Counted from the first letter of the stretch, positions 11,866-25,524 are shown. The stretch: DNA of 64,000 nt from Octopus sinensis (GCF_006345805.1 NW_021833791.1:6780-70779); one strand, 5' to 3'. Numbers and translations: made by a program. The notes: generated by a model not told the origin, from the sequence alone.

Positions 11866-13933
11866 TATTATGTATGAATGTATGTATGAAAATTATTTTG
11901 AGATTTTGAAAAAGAACGTCTGAATCCTTCGTTCTTTCACTTTGCAGCTAGCAACCATGGCAGTTTAATTATATATGCATGAATGCATACATTTATGTAT
12001 GTATGTATGTATGTATGTATGTATAGGTACGTATGTATGTATTTGTACGTAGGTATTTATGTGTGTATGTTTGTATGTATATATCTCTGTAACTATATAT
12101 GCACGTGTGTATGTTTGTGATTTGCTGTCTCTTTTCAATATTGACCGGGCAGCTACATATTATCAAGGTTATAAAGAAAAGTTTCTAAATTTAACTGAAA
12201 ATATGTCCCATGCAATCAGTAACCCCTAAAATGTTTTCAGACTGCTAGGGCTTCACTCTATCTTTCGCTTATTAATGATTTCCTATCAATGTCTCGTTTT
12301 TGGATTTCAAATGCTTTGCCTTCGAATTGCGATGTGATGTGGCGGAGACTTTCATTTAATTAGAAATATCTGCTAATCAAAACATTGTATACCCTGTGGC
12401 TACAGCTTCCAACAATTATAATTCCGTTAATTATCTTTTCCTGTTACTCATCTCTCTAACCCTCAACAGGCTCGACAGCGATAAAACGTATTTCTGAGCA
12501 ATATCTTAATAATAATTATCGATGTTAAGTCTGTATGTCAATATTTACGAATACATTTACGCCTGCATGAGCACACACACACACGCATATATATGCATGA
12601 CAAATTCCGATAAACACAAGGCTAGATTGTTCGTTCCAACTTACGTTTCACTATTCTAGTTCTTTGCGACACTGCATTGGATGTTTCAAGTGGAATGGAT
12701 TCTTAACAACAACGGATCATCAGGGAACATCTTACTGCATTACGTTATATACGCCTAATGTCTTGAGTTGGGCAGATAGCATAACAGGGTTTGGGAGGTA
12801 AATATATGAATCAGACACACAAACACTCACATACACACACACATACACACACACACACGCACACACACACACACACTTACAAACACACACACACACTGAA
12901 GCTCATACAAACAAGTATGCAGCGACATTCAATATCCTTATTGTCGCTCGTAATTTACGTAACATGCAGTTTTGATTTAGTTCTTTGTATTCCATTTGAG
13001 ATTCTTGCTCACGTTCTCAATTAATCGATGAATCATGTTCTGCTCTATTTTGAACAAACCTACACGTTGTATTATTATTTTTTCTTCCTTATTCAATGAA
13101 TAATCACAAATATCTTTGTATAGAAATCAACTTCTGTCTGGACAAACGATATTTCAGCAAAGAAGCATTAAACTATATTCACGATAAGGTACGTAAGGGA
13201 ATATTAGGGTGTGGATTTAGCTATAAGCATTTAAAATCCTTTTCACTTTAATACTATGATACATTGGTTGTTAGCTGCAAAGTGAAACAAGGATGACAAA
13301 TATCATAATAGGTTTGGACATGTAAATATATAAATAAAACACACACACATACACACACACATACAGATACAGGCACGCACTCACATATGTGCACATTCTC
13401 TCACGCATAAATCCACGTTCATTCTCCTTTATCTCTCTCGGAATTCATGTACCACGCAGATTTATTTAATATGTTTGTATTCGATTTGAAATGTTTGTTG
13501 AAATTCTCATAAATACCCTGCCCTATTTTAAACATACCCAGGCGTTGCCATGTAACATCAATCCTTAGGAACGAGAAATGCAGCAACAAAGTCATTAGCA
13601 ATAAAGTTTAGGTTGAACATATTTTCATAAGTATACACGTACTTGCCGTGATCCCTATCTACCTAACTATATACATGCACACACGCATATGCATACATAC
13701 ACACATACATGCATACATGCATACATAGATACATACATATTACATGCATTCATACATACATAAATACCTACCTACATGCACACATACATGCATACATACA
13801 TGCATATATATGTATACACTTTATTTTGTTTGTGCTCGTCTTTGGGTGTCTAAGCGACCTTCTATTTGGGTATATGTGTATATTTGTATAGATCTATCTT
13901 TTTCTCCCTGAAACATATATATATATATATATA

Positions 13934-13965
13934 CTAGCTGAAGGTGATCCGCTCTACGTGCGGAT
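13934..13965 (-). mobile_element. Helitron-type 3' terminus
   Basis: ATCCGC/GCGGAT hairpin 9 nt upstream of a terminal CTAG, which is followed by T. Confidence 0.6.
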
Positions 13966-14176
13966 AAGTGTGTGGTTGTTACTTTCTGAGTAAAATATTT
14001 AAAAATCGAATTAAAATTACACTTCGATCGTTGTATAAAACTGTAGATGAACTGTTTACGAAGCATAATCACGTGTTTTCACGAATGTAATAAAGAGATT
14101 TGCTCTGATATTCTCATTTAAATATAAATAGGTAAATACGGTAAATACATATGTATGTGTTTGTGTATATGTTTGC

Positions 14177-14363
14177 GTGTCTGTGTTTGTCCCCCCAACA
14201 TCGCTTGACAACCGTAACTTAGCGGTTCGGCAAAAGACCCCGATAGATTAAGTACTAGGCTTACAAACAATAAGTCCTGGTGTCGATTTGCTCGACTAAA
14301 GGCAGTGCTCCAGCATGGCAGCAGTCAAATGACTGAAACAAGTAAGCGAGTAAAAGAGTAAAA
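14177..14363 (+). mobile_element. SINE 3' half (family of 42543-42940)
   Basis: Close match to the full-length copy, including the gagtaaaa tail. Confidence 0.85.
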
Positions 14364-14729
14364 TATTTAAAAATAAAATCATGTTAAGAGAAATAGTAAA
14401 GACACAAATAAGAAATAAATAAATGAATAAAAAAAATAAATAAATAAATACTCTCTAAAATATAAAGTAGACGAGAGACAGAAAGTAAGTGGTGAGAAGG
14501 AAAAAGTACATGAAAGAGGGAGGGGAAGAAAAAGGATTATAAAAAGGGTATCTTTGGAAATGGTCAGTCTGTGAATTGATTGACAGAGAGCATTAGCAGC
14601 TGGAAAATAAATATAAATAGAATTATACCCGAATATATGAATAATAGTAGGGTATGATCATACAGGGCAAAAGTACCGGAAGGTATATTTCAATGTTGCA
14701 AAAGGACTAAATCGTAACACGTATATATA

Positions 14730-14830
14730 TATATAAAACTGAAATGCATTTTTACCGTTTGGCTCGCTTTCAATGCCACAACGTCCGGTCCGATTCGCTC
14801 TAGAATTTACAGGGGCATGTAGAATGAGGT
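14730..14830 (+). mobile_element. Possible 5' end of a non-autonomous Helitron-like element
   Basis: (TA)n-TAAAACTG start followed by ...ggtccgattcgctctagaattt, recalled as resembling the 5' ends of non-autonomous Helitron-like repeats. Confidence 0.35.
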
Positions 14831-14911
14831 GACGATATGTATATATAATATATATATAATGTGTGCTTTATGTGGTCCGTCGGTTCAGCTAAAAATATGC
14901 ACTCCTATGAA

Positions 14912-15933
14912 CCCTTTCGTTACTAATTTCTGACCAAAATACAATACACCTTGTGTTTCAATTATTTCTAACATAAACATAATTTACTTTGGTTTCATTA
15001 AACAACTATAACATTTTTATTTATCAATATTTCAATGTGATTTTTGGAAGATAATTTAATGAAATGTTCTCAAACAATTCTATACTATAATTTTTTTCAC
15101 AAAGTGACTCTAATTGCAGGTAGATACAGGTAATTCAATAAAATATGAAATTATTAAATTTTTGTTCAAACATCGCTATAGAAAATGGATTATTAGCTAA
15201 TATTCAATTGGGTATACAACAAAATTTTACGATAGAATTTGTTATTCTGGGTAACTTTCTGATACCCATAATAATATCTATGGCAAAATATCTTAATTTC
15301 ATTTAAGATTGTGGGAAACCACTAACTATCCTTTCTTTCGCTTTGTTTACGTTTAGCGTAACGGTTCGTTTCCGCCATAATGATTTCAAATAGGCTCATT
15401 CGAAAAAGTAAAAAGAAATATTCTAAGGCTTTACTCTTCTGGGAAAGTCTGTGGCTTGGTCCTTTCCTCCTCAAAAAATCAAGGAAAGAAACAGTTTTTC
15501 AATTTTCACTCCATTCAGGTGCCAATTCATTTTCTTTATCGCAGTCGGAGCTCTCGGATTCACTGTTTTCACTTTTGGAAAATGAAACATCAGATTCATT
15601 ATCAAATACCACGTGCTGTTTTTTTTTTCAGTCATAGAGTTAGATTTATCAAAGTCTTCAGTTGAAAATCCTTCGAATTCTGACTCGCCGCTTGATATGA
15701 TGAAATTCGTATCCATTTTTAGTCAGAATTACAAATTTTGAAAACACAATAGGAACAAATTTGTGAAAAAAATTTCCCAAAATTCACGGAATTTAAATTA
15801 CACTTCGATCGTTGTACAAAACTGTAGATGAACTGTTTACGAAGCATAATCACGTGTTTTCACGAATGTAATAAAGAGATTGCTCTGATATTCTCATTTA
15901 AATATAAATAGGTAAATACGGTAAATACATATT
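14912..15933 (-). mobile_element. Internally deleted piggyBac-like element with transposase N-terminal remnant
   Basis: Terminus ccctttcgttac at 14912. Minus translation SGESEFEGF...EWSEN...LEYFFLLF...IMAETNRYAKRKQ...WFPT..NEIKIF, the ETNRYA motif of piggyBac transposases. Confidence 0.75.
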
Positions 15934-16829
15934 TTGTGGTGTAGTTAGATGAAAAGTTAATAAAAACAATATTGTTTTTTAAAATCGGAATAGAGTGTCG
16001 AAACTACAGGGAGAAACTACAAATTATAGATTTTTAAATGGAATTGATTAACATTCCTAAGAGTTCACAGATAACGAAGCAGCTGTTACATCATTTCTGC
16101 AAAAGTTCGAAAGCATTTGATCAGGGATCAGAAAATTAGCCAAAGGTTTGAGGATAAACAAAAAAATAATCAAAAACAGATACATACCAATGCCAACTTC
16201 GATTCTGTTCATCTAAGCCGAACTGTTCAATGCAAATACTTTTAGTATAATGGTGCGGTCTAAACCTGGCGCCCACACATTAAATAGTAAAGCGCATTGA
16301 AGTATAAAAGAGGTCATACTGATTTTAAAGAAAAGACGATAAGCTTAAACCGAAAGACAAATCTATTTGTCAGGAGGCCGTCACTGCTGCAATTTGCCAC
16401 TCCTATATAAAGATCATACAATGCATTCTAATCGTGACAAAACTTATGAATACACTAATACGACAATTAAAATAGGCGCCTCCCAGATTTTATGAAACTT
16501 TTTATTTACTGACTCGGTCAAATGAGAAATTTTTTATACATACGTAATCCAATATACATTCATGTAGACATCCATCCGTACATCCATCCGTACATCCATC
16601 CATTCATCCGTTCATATATACATACATACATATATACATACACACATACATGCATACATATATACATGCATACACACATACATAACACATGCTTATATAC
16701 ATAGATACATAAATTTATGGATACATATGCATATATAAATACATGAATGCATACGTATATATATACATACGTACATGCTTATATATATACATACATACAT
16801 GCATACATACAGACATACATGCATAATCT

Positions 16830-17775
16830 TTTAACCACCAAATGTCTACGTGCATCTCTTGACCAGGTTTGCATATATGAGGCTAAGATCATAAGACTTG
16901 GAAAGCGGCTCCTTGAGCAGCATTTCTAGTCTGATAAGCTTAAATACATATCAAAAAAGCCGCACGACTCTACTACGGTATGTCATCAGATGAAAAGATG
17001 AGCGCATATCAGCAGAAGCCCATGCATGTATATGTGAGTAGGAAGCACTGAGATAATAGTAACATTTGTCATTAAAGCAGTCTATTATAGACCAGCAAAC
17101 AGATTCCTACTTCCCACCTTGATTTGAAGGGTATGCGGTTGCAATCCAGGGATATGAAATATCAACCAAATATACGATGCACAAAAGAAGAGAGATACAT
17201 GAAAAGCAGTAATATATGACAACCTATGCAGTTGTTCGAAAATGTCATCACAGTATTAGCTACCGATGAGATATGATGTAGTAGCTAGGACATTGTATAT
17301 AACGAGTTCCGTCGGAAGCATAAACCCGAGAACAAAGAATAACCCACGGTATGGTAGACTCCATATCCACTTATAATAAAAAGGAGTACAGGTGAAATGC
17401 TCCACTGGAAAACTCAATAAATTATAAACATATACCTGGTATAATCATTTGGGATAGAGAAGAGAACTGTGTATAGTTGTGGAAGTCAACTCCCCTGCAG
17501 ATGTTAACATAAAGCCGAAGAGAAGCGAAAGAGAAAATACGCTGAAAAATAAAATGCCTACGCAAAATCTGCAGTTACTCTAATCAGATTACAAGTTCGT
17601 GTTTATACCTGTAATTATTAGGGCACTGGTATATGTAACACAATGCTTAAATACCAATCTTGAGTAATTGGACTTCTCAAACTCAGAAAGAAGAAAGCTA
17701 ATTCGAAGACTACAGATCCAAGCAATCAATGGAACTCTAAATATCTTATAAAATTTTCCAGAGGCTTATCATTTA
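16830..17775 (+). mobile_element. Degenerate REL-type LINE 3' part (R4/NeSL-like)
   Basis: FEGYAVAIQGYEISTKY...IIIWDREE...VEVNSPADVNI...YKFVFIPVIIRAL...RRLQIQAINGT. Confidence 0.65.
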
Positions 17776-18269
17776 AGTGTATATGAGTATGTCTAGATAT
17801 GCAAGTATATGCATTGGAATACATACATAAAACAAAACATACAAATTTGCACATACACAAATATTTGATTTATATTTTTGAAATTCAAATGAAGAAGAAT
17901 TGGTTCTGGGTTAGAATCCGGCTCCTCTATTGTCACGAAAGCTTGAAATAAAACTGAATAAAACTGAATACTGGCGTACATACATAAATACTTGCATACA
18001 TACATAAATAGATATATATGCATACACACATGCTTGCATACATACATACATACATACATACATACATACATACATACATACATACACAAAAGACACAAAT
18101 CTGTACGTATACATATATACATACACACAAACAAATCCTGTTGTTGATGCTAAAATTACAATGAAAGAGCCTTGGATTTTTGTTAGGAAACCGGCCCTTT
18201 CACTTTTTGGCAAGAAATCTTGAAATAAAACTGAATAAGGACATACGTACATTCTCAAAGGCTACAGAG

Positions 18270-18760
18270 CTGCAGTTTGGCCAGAATAATGTTGCTACAT
18301 GATTGTGAAATGAGGGAAACTGTAAGCAAGACTAGCAAAATCTCCAACACTGACTTAACGGTTTCCTCTATATCTGATGAGGGATGTTACAGGCACCAAG
18401 GGGTGGAAGAGAACATATCATACAATGACACATGTAACAACAAATCATGTGTCATTAAAGAATGTTATAGTCGAATAAAGAACATTTGGACCCAGAACTC
18501 TGCATTCAGAAAAAAGAAAAACAGTGACTCAAAATGTATTTGCTGTGCCAATACTCATACCAACATTTAGGCTGGTTGGACGCTCGATGAGATCCGAACT
18601 ATTGATGTGAAAACCCCAAACATGCTAACCAGCAGACACAAGTTCCACATCAACAGTGACGTACAACGCCAATACCTAAAACGAAAGCAAGGCAGCAGAG
18701 GTTTAATATCAATCCAGACTGCCTTTCAGTGTCGTATCCCCTCGGCAACATTATTTAAGT
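18270..18760 (+). mobile_element. Degenerate REL-type LINE, RT C-terminal region
   Basis: YRHQGVEENISYND...KECYSRIKNIW...FAVPILIPTF...DVQRQYLKRKQGSRGLISI. Confidence 0.65.
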
Positions 18761-19000
18761 GCCAAGTGTCGACGTGCATCCTCTGAGTCATCAAAGGAGT
18801 ACTTTGGTGATATTTTTGAGCAGCTGCTAATCTTTCGAACGAAATGTTGCGCAGAAACACGGCATAATAAACAATTTCTTGCAGCTTCAAGAGATCACTA
18901 TCTCTTTTGTTTGTTAGGTATTTCATCGCAATTTCATTTTCTTGGATTGCAAACGCATAGTCGTTGTATTGTGATGTGTTGTTGGTGGTCAAGATTGCAA
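18750..19000 (-). mobile_element. Inverted REL-type LINE fragment
   Basis: DYAFAIQENEIAMKYLTNKRD, homologous to 17120-17180 but on the opposite strand. Confidence 0.55.
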
Positions 19001-19038
19001 CAGATGTTTCATGTCCATAGGATTATCTTCCTTCAGAC

Positions 19039-19180
19039 GGCGAGCTGGCAGAATCGTTAGCACTTCGAGCAAAATGCTTAACGGTATTTCGTCCGTGTCT
19101 ACGCTCTGAGTAGAAAATCCTCTGATGTCGACTTTACCTTTCATGGCTTCATAAAATAAATACCAGTTTAGAATGTTTTT
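19039..19180 (+). mobile_element. tRNA-derived SINE 5' part (second family)
   Basis: ggcgagctggcagaatcgttagca head, also seen at 50706. Confidence 0.7.
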
Positions 19181-20061
19181 TTATTAAGTCTAGCTGGGTT
19201 TTTTTCGTTGTTTTTATTACAGATACGTCCCAATCCAGACAATACGAACACTCTCACTACAAATCCCTATAATTAAAATACCGTTAATTATCTTTCTCTC
19301 TGCTGCTCATCTCAGTCATCCTCGACAAGATCGACAGCGATAAAATGTGCTTTTGGACCACATCTTAATAATGTGCTTATGAGTGTGTGTGTGTGTGTGT
19401 GTGTATGGTTGTATGCATGTATTTGGTTGTGAGTGCATATATTTATGTATGGATGTAAATATGTGTCTGTATACATGTACGTATTTCTTTTTCTCTTTTT
19501 AAATTGGAGTAACTTAGGCCTGAGCAACTACATTTTTTCTTTATTGCCCTAGTGGCTAAACAGGACTGGCAAAGGGATAGAGTTGATTACATCAACCCCA
19601 GTGCGTAACTGGTACTTATTTAATCGACTTATTCCTCCTTCAAGTGTTTTATGCTATCCTCCGTCCTCGACCTGATCTTCCATCCCTGATAGGGATATTG
19701 CTACGAGTTTAATGCTCCTTCAAAATCAAGGAGTGATTGCAAACCAATGAACTACTGATGATTATATTGTAGCTGTACTTGCTGCATTATTGTTCAAGCG
19801 TTGTTAATTAACAGAAATGTCACTGGAGAGTCAAGTTTCCGGAAAACTGTATTTGTGCATTGCGTCTCTGGCAGTTTTATTCTGCAAATTATGCTTGCTG
19901 TAATTTTTAATTGATACTTTTTCTATCTTAATTTGAATTATCCTAGTCTTGAGTAATTGCGATGTAACCAAAGAACATATTGTAATTTAAACTTCTCCAG
20001 GAATATTAATTTAAGCAAAAGGATAGAAAGAAGCAAAAGTTTGCAATTCATTGCACTCCTC

Positions 20062-20145
<84 letters not shown>

Positions 20146-21176
20146 ATATGTATAATAAGAGTAAACAATAGCTTTAATGGTTTTTTAAAAAAACAACAAT
20201 TATTTACTGGTAGATTTCGGCATGTAAATATAACCATTAACGGTGGGAACTTCTATAAAAGTTCAATATATATTTTGTATATAAATAAAAAAGGCAGGCA
20301 ACATGTTACTCAGCCACATACCGAAAAATTAGAAATAGCAGTCAAAGACTGTTTATTTCTATTTTCTACAAATAAGACTCAACATACGACATTTTTTGTA
20401 CACACACATTTTTTGTACATGATGAAGGGTTTGCCAATTGTTGATGTAGCTCCCAAAAATATATTTGAGCTTCATGTTACCCATATATTCATTAGTGAAA
20501 TATTTCAGTATGTTGGGACTGATAAGTAGCATGAAGTATCATGAAAGCCTAACTACTCTGTGCCTTCTGCGTGCTGAAAGCAGCCCTCTAAAATGGCATG
20601 GCAATGCTTCTCAATATTTATAATACTGCCACCTGGCGTGTGTGTTTGTGTGTGTGGTTGGCGCATCTGTACAATGCTGTCGTGTTTGGCCCCGATTTTG
20701 GAATACTGTTAAATAGATAATTCAAGTATTTTAAATGTAATATGCGAATAAATTGGTTTTTGTCACAATTCACAACATCGAAACACACACACACACACAC
20801 ACACAATAATTTGTATCATAAACCGTGAATCCTCGAAATTTTTCTGAATATATCGCTTTTCATTTCATTTGTATTATTTTCAAATTTTAATAAGAACGTA
20901 TGTATCATACTGTTCTGTTTTAAACATTGAAACGAAAATATATAAAAGGAATTTCGAAAAAACTTCAAAAGTAAAGACATTGTTGGGGTTGGGTTAGCAA
21001 ATAAATAAAACTATTTTTCCGTGGTTTCTTAATCAGTCTCTTTGCAATTAATATCGGAATAGACTATCAAAAACTACCCAGAAAAACAATTAGTTATAGA
21101 TTTTTAAATGGAATTCTTTGATTAAAACACCAGCAAGTAGAAGTTACTTTATTTCTGCAAAAATATGGGGAATGAT

Positions 21177-21450
21177 TACGGAGATGTACTTGCATAGCGA
21201 ACGACTTGATCTGAGATCGTGTGCTGGAACGAAAACAATTGCAGCGTGGAAGTTGTTTATTAGCCATTTAAGAAACACACAAAACCGTTAGATTCACTTC
21301 AACATTTAAATTTAATTTGTCAAAATATTTTCATCGCTTTGAGACCGCGACCTGTTCACTGACAAAGCTTCGTTGCTAAATCGACGAAAATATTTTGACA
21401 AATTAAATATAAATGTTGAAGTGAATCTAACGGTTTTGTGTGTTTCTTAA
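21177..21450 (-). mobile_element. PLE-type terminal-repeat insertion with inverted partial copy and 12-bp TSD
   Basis: Inverted arms at 21266-21335 and 21383-21454. ATGGGGAATGAT is duplicated at 21165-21176 and 21451-21462. Confidence 0.8.
21316..21366 (-). ncRNA. Hammerhead motif, G3-C8 core variant
   Basis: UUUGUCA-GUGAACA-G-GUCGC-ggucucaaa-GCGAU-GAA-AAUAUU-U-UGACAAA. Helix I is 7 bp, helix II is 5 bp and helix III is palindromic. Confidence 0.65.
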
Positions 21451-21785
21451 ATGGGGAATGATCACGATTTTAAAAACCTTTGATAAGGGATCAGAGCGAT
21501 CAGTTACAGCTTGACGATAAACAACAAAGTCATTAAATATGATAAAACAGATTCCACTGCCAACATTTGAAGCAGTCTTTCTAGATTACATGTGAGAGAC
21601 GCAACACATTCTCACATTTATAAACTCAAACAGAATATCTTCTCAATAACAATCAGTCAACATAATATTGCAACATAAATTCGACAAATAAAGTACACGA
21701 AACGCATTGAAATGTGACGTAGCCCATACTAAATGAGTAAATTCAGTAAAATGGGCTTTTGTATACATATATGCACCCATATATA

Positions 21786-21821
<36 letters not shown>

Positions 21822-21837
21822 TATATAGACAGATAGA

Positions 21838-21951
<114 letters not shown>

Positions 21952-22009
21952 TGAAAACATACACATACGTGCACAAATGTACATACAAATATATTTGCTT
22001 ATAGCTATC

Positions 22010-25000
22010 CGTCAATGTTAACGACGACATTGTCCTCTAGGAGTCTTATCCTACATTTTGTAAGTTGACCGATGTGAAAACAATTTGATCCTGGAATGGC
22101 ATGTCCTTGAACGCAGATGACAAGGGAAGCTGCTCATTATGTTGATGGGGAGTCTGAAATGACGTTGAAGTCTCTTTTCCTCAAGTCTCTCACGTCGGAT
22201 TAGTTCAAAGTGTGAAGCTCCTTCGTCGCTGAGGGAGCGCCAGATTTGCCGGTTGTGAGCAAAGTATTCAAGTTGTGCCGGTTGAATGTTGCGGGAGTTA
22301 AGGACAAGCTAAAGATGATCCTGGAATCTCATTTTCGGAGGCGTCCAAAGGAGGAGGAGATGATCCGTCGTAGAACGTCATCGACGATATGTCCATTTTG
22401 TGATATGTCCATTTTACCTAGGTGGTTAAAAGAGTCAACGTTTGACAGAAGTGTGTCGTTTATATATAGTTATGTTGCTGGATGTGTCTTTTTTTATTAA
22501 GTACGTTTGCATGATCTCGTTGTGTTTTTATGTTGATGTTAAGACCCAGACGAATATAGGTTTCATCCATGGCACTTAAGAATCGCTGGAGTGAGGCTGT
22601 TTTCTGAGCAGTGGCAGTGGTAACATTTGCATACCGGAGCTCAAATATCTGTTGAGATTTCGCTTTGAGTCGGTGGGTCTTGAAAATACTGCCATCATAG
22701 CGATAACGGGTTCTTATGCTATCGTCGGTACTCTGTTGGACCTAGGAGAGGAGAGTTACAGCTATGTAGATGCTGAACAAAACAGGAGTGAGAACGCAAC
22801 CCTGTTTCACTCCCGGTTTTACTCTGAATTGTTCTGAAGACGCTCCACCAAGACAGACTCTGGCTAGCATTCCGTTGTGGAATTTGCGGATGAAAGTTAA
22901 AGCAGTTGAAGGATAGCCACAGTTTCCATAAAATGTCACAATCAACGGTGTCAAAAGCATTCGTCATATCGAAGAAACCAAAATTCCTTTTTGTTGTTCT
23001 CTGCATTTTTCGAGAAGTAAGCGTGCACCAAATATCAAATCAATTGTGCTCATATAAACCACATTGAGATTCAGGGATGGTGCAGTCCGACACGAAGATA
23101 AGAAGATGGCGGAGAATAATGCGTGCAAGAATGTTGCAAGACACATCCAGAGGCTTCTGCAGTCACTGCAGTCGGATCGATTGCATTTTCTTTTGTAAAT
23201 GCAAATAATGTTGGTATTTATTTTTGTTTGTTTGTTTTTCCAACAGAAAACTAGGAAAGAGTGAAGATATGATGCAAGTTGTGGTCCGCCGTATTTCCAA
23301 ACCTCTCCAGGGATACAGTCTTCGTCAGGAGACTTCTTATTCTTTTGGGAGTGCAGTACCTTCTAGACTTCGTCTTGACTGAGTTCAGCTGCTATTTCTT
23401 CGATGATTTGAAGTTTTGGAAGCTCATCTAAAATCGACGTATCTGTCCATCGTTAAGGTTCTTATTGTTTTCTTTAATTAGAGTAGAGCCGTCAGCGATA
23501 CAGATAGGTGCAATCAGGCAATGCGAAGGACCGAAGTTGTCTTTGAACGGGTCGTAGAGTTCATAAGTTTTCTTTTCTTCAGCGAGTTGTTGGATCTTTT
23601 CGGAGTTGCGGAGCCACCAACCATTCTGTGGGGCTCAGCCCTAAGGTTATGCTAGTTTGGGACTAAGAAATGAAGATTTGAGAGGTGGGCGTTATGAACA
23701 CGGTTTTTCGCCTGCAAAAGGGGTTGGATAATGTCTGCATTATCCAACCCCTTGAGTTCTTCATGTGGGATATTCCAATAGTGGGTTCAGAGTGGGTGTA
23801 TCGAATGATGGAGAGCGCAGAGTTCCAGAGTAAGTTGAGTTCATTCTGATTCTGTTCGACCTCGATTTCTTCCCTATGTTATTTTCCATATTGCGAGGGA
23901 GTTCTTGTAGAACTGGAAGAACTAGAACAACTGGGCAGACAGTAGCGACGTTTTTTTGTTTTTGGAGCTCAGTTTGTTTTGTTGTGCTGGAAAGACGGGC
24001 CACATTAAGTTTTGGAAACACTTTTGCCTTTTCTGGCCGGAGGGCGGATTTGAAGACATAGGTGCGCGCATCGTATGGGGATCGACCTAACATTCTGCAC
24101 CGCGCTTGTATTTGATGTAGAAGGCATCGTTCTGATCATTTTGACGAACACTCACGTAATTGAGGAGATGCCATATCTTGGAGCGAAGGTGTATCCTTCT
24201 CCAAGCTGAGTGTAGAGACTGGTAGGAGGCGTCTTTAGTTTCTTCATTAATGCCTAACGTCGGGGCATATACACTGAATATAGTGGCATGTACTTTGTTA
24301 CTGAGGAGAATTCGAAAGGTCATCTGCCGTTCAATTATATCGGTTGAAATCGAAGAGATGTTCTCCAGTAATGACCAACGGACAGCAAATCCTACACTAT
24401 GAATTCTATTTTTGATTTGAAAAAGTCCTTTCCAGAAGTATATATATCTTTCATCAACTTCAGTGAGAGATCCGTCATCAGAGAATTTTGTTATGCTGAA
24501 TGCATATCCACATTGCACCCTTTCAGTTAAAAGGCGATGAGCGCGGTCCTAAGGTTGGGTCGATCGTGGTCATCACGGTCAATCAAAGTTCGTATATTCC
24601 ATGTAGCGAAAAATGAGAGATTGTGATGGATTTCTTATTAATCTTCGACCGCAGTATGGAGATGGCTTGCCAGGTGCGGTATTCTAGCTAGGTAAAAAGG
24701 TCTGACATCTTTTAGACTACATTTCCTAAGCCTCTCCTCAACTGAGGCGCTGAGAGTATTCAAAAGATCCTCCTGGTCACACATATAGGACACAAATCGG
24801 TGTGCAGTCCCAGAGTCACATCGAGACCACCGTCTTGCCTGCACTACCAAGAAGGTGGGATAAGAGGTGTGAGAACAAAGCTTACGCGCGGAGTTGTATA
24901 GGGTGATGGGACGGGCAGTTAGTCCTATTCGCATGCACCTGACTCTTGTTCAGCAGTACTACTTCGGACAAGAGAAATGTCCAAGACGACCAAAAGCTGT

Positions 25001-25400
25001 CAAGAAATTGCAGCTAGTTGCCGGAATCCAGGTTGCTATTCACTTGGGCAAGGTTTTAGGTTGGAGTTTCCATCTCGTAGAAAGATTGCCTCTCAAGGCT
25101 AATGAGCGCCATCTGCTCGCGAACAGAGCTATTTCTGAATGCTCTTTCACCATCTCACAGAAAGGATATCTACGCCCACATCCACCGAAACACAGTTGAC
25201 CTTCAGTCGAAACCCTTACCATGAAGAAGCGTTATACCCCGTAATACAGGGCCCTTGCCTGAACTTGGCTGCTACTTTTACAGTACCTGCACCGCGACAT
25301 GGAAGCGCTAGGCAAGAATTACCGCCGTATAAATTAGGGAAGATGACCCGAACTACCATCAACAAGGACCTTAGCTATCAGTAGCCAGGTCTCTATCGGA
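22010..25400 (-). mobile_element. Near-full-length degenerate RTE LINE (5' UTR, APE, RT)
   Basis: APE motifs YIYFWKG, HSVGFAV and SVYAPT at 24087-24518. RT motifs STIDLIFGARLLLEKCREQ, FFDMTNAFDTV and GVKQGCVLTPVLF. Many stops. The 5' UTR boundary is approximate. Confidence 0.8.
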
Positions 25401-25524
25401 AGCCGGGAATCATAAATATGTACAAATATAAAACATAAGATATGCTTTATAATGTATAAAGATAAAAATAGAAAGCAACAGGATGCAATAGAATGTAGTA
25501 GAATAAGAATGAAAAAAATACACA

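Noticed and set aside
11924-13297. About 35-bp inverted match flanking 1.3 kb as transposon TIRs
   Set aside because: The match is short and gapped with no TSD seen, which is insufficient to call an element.
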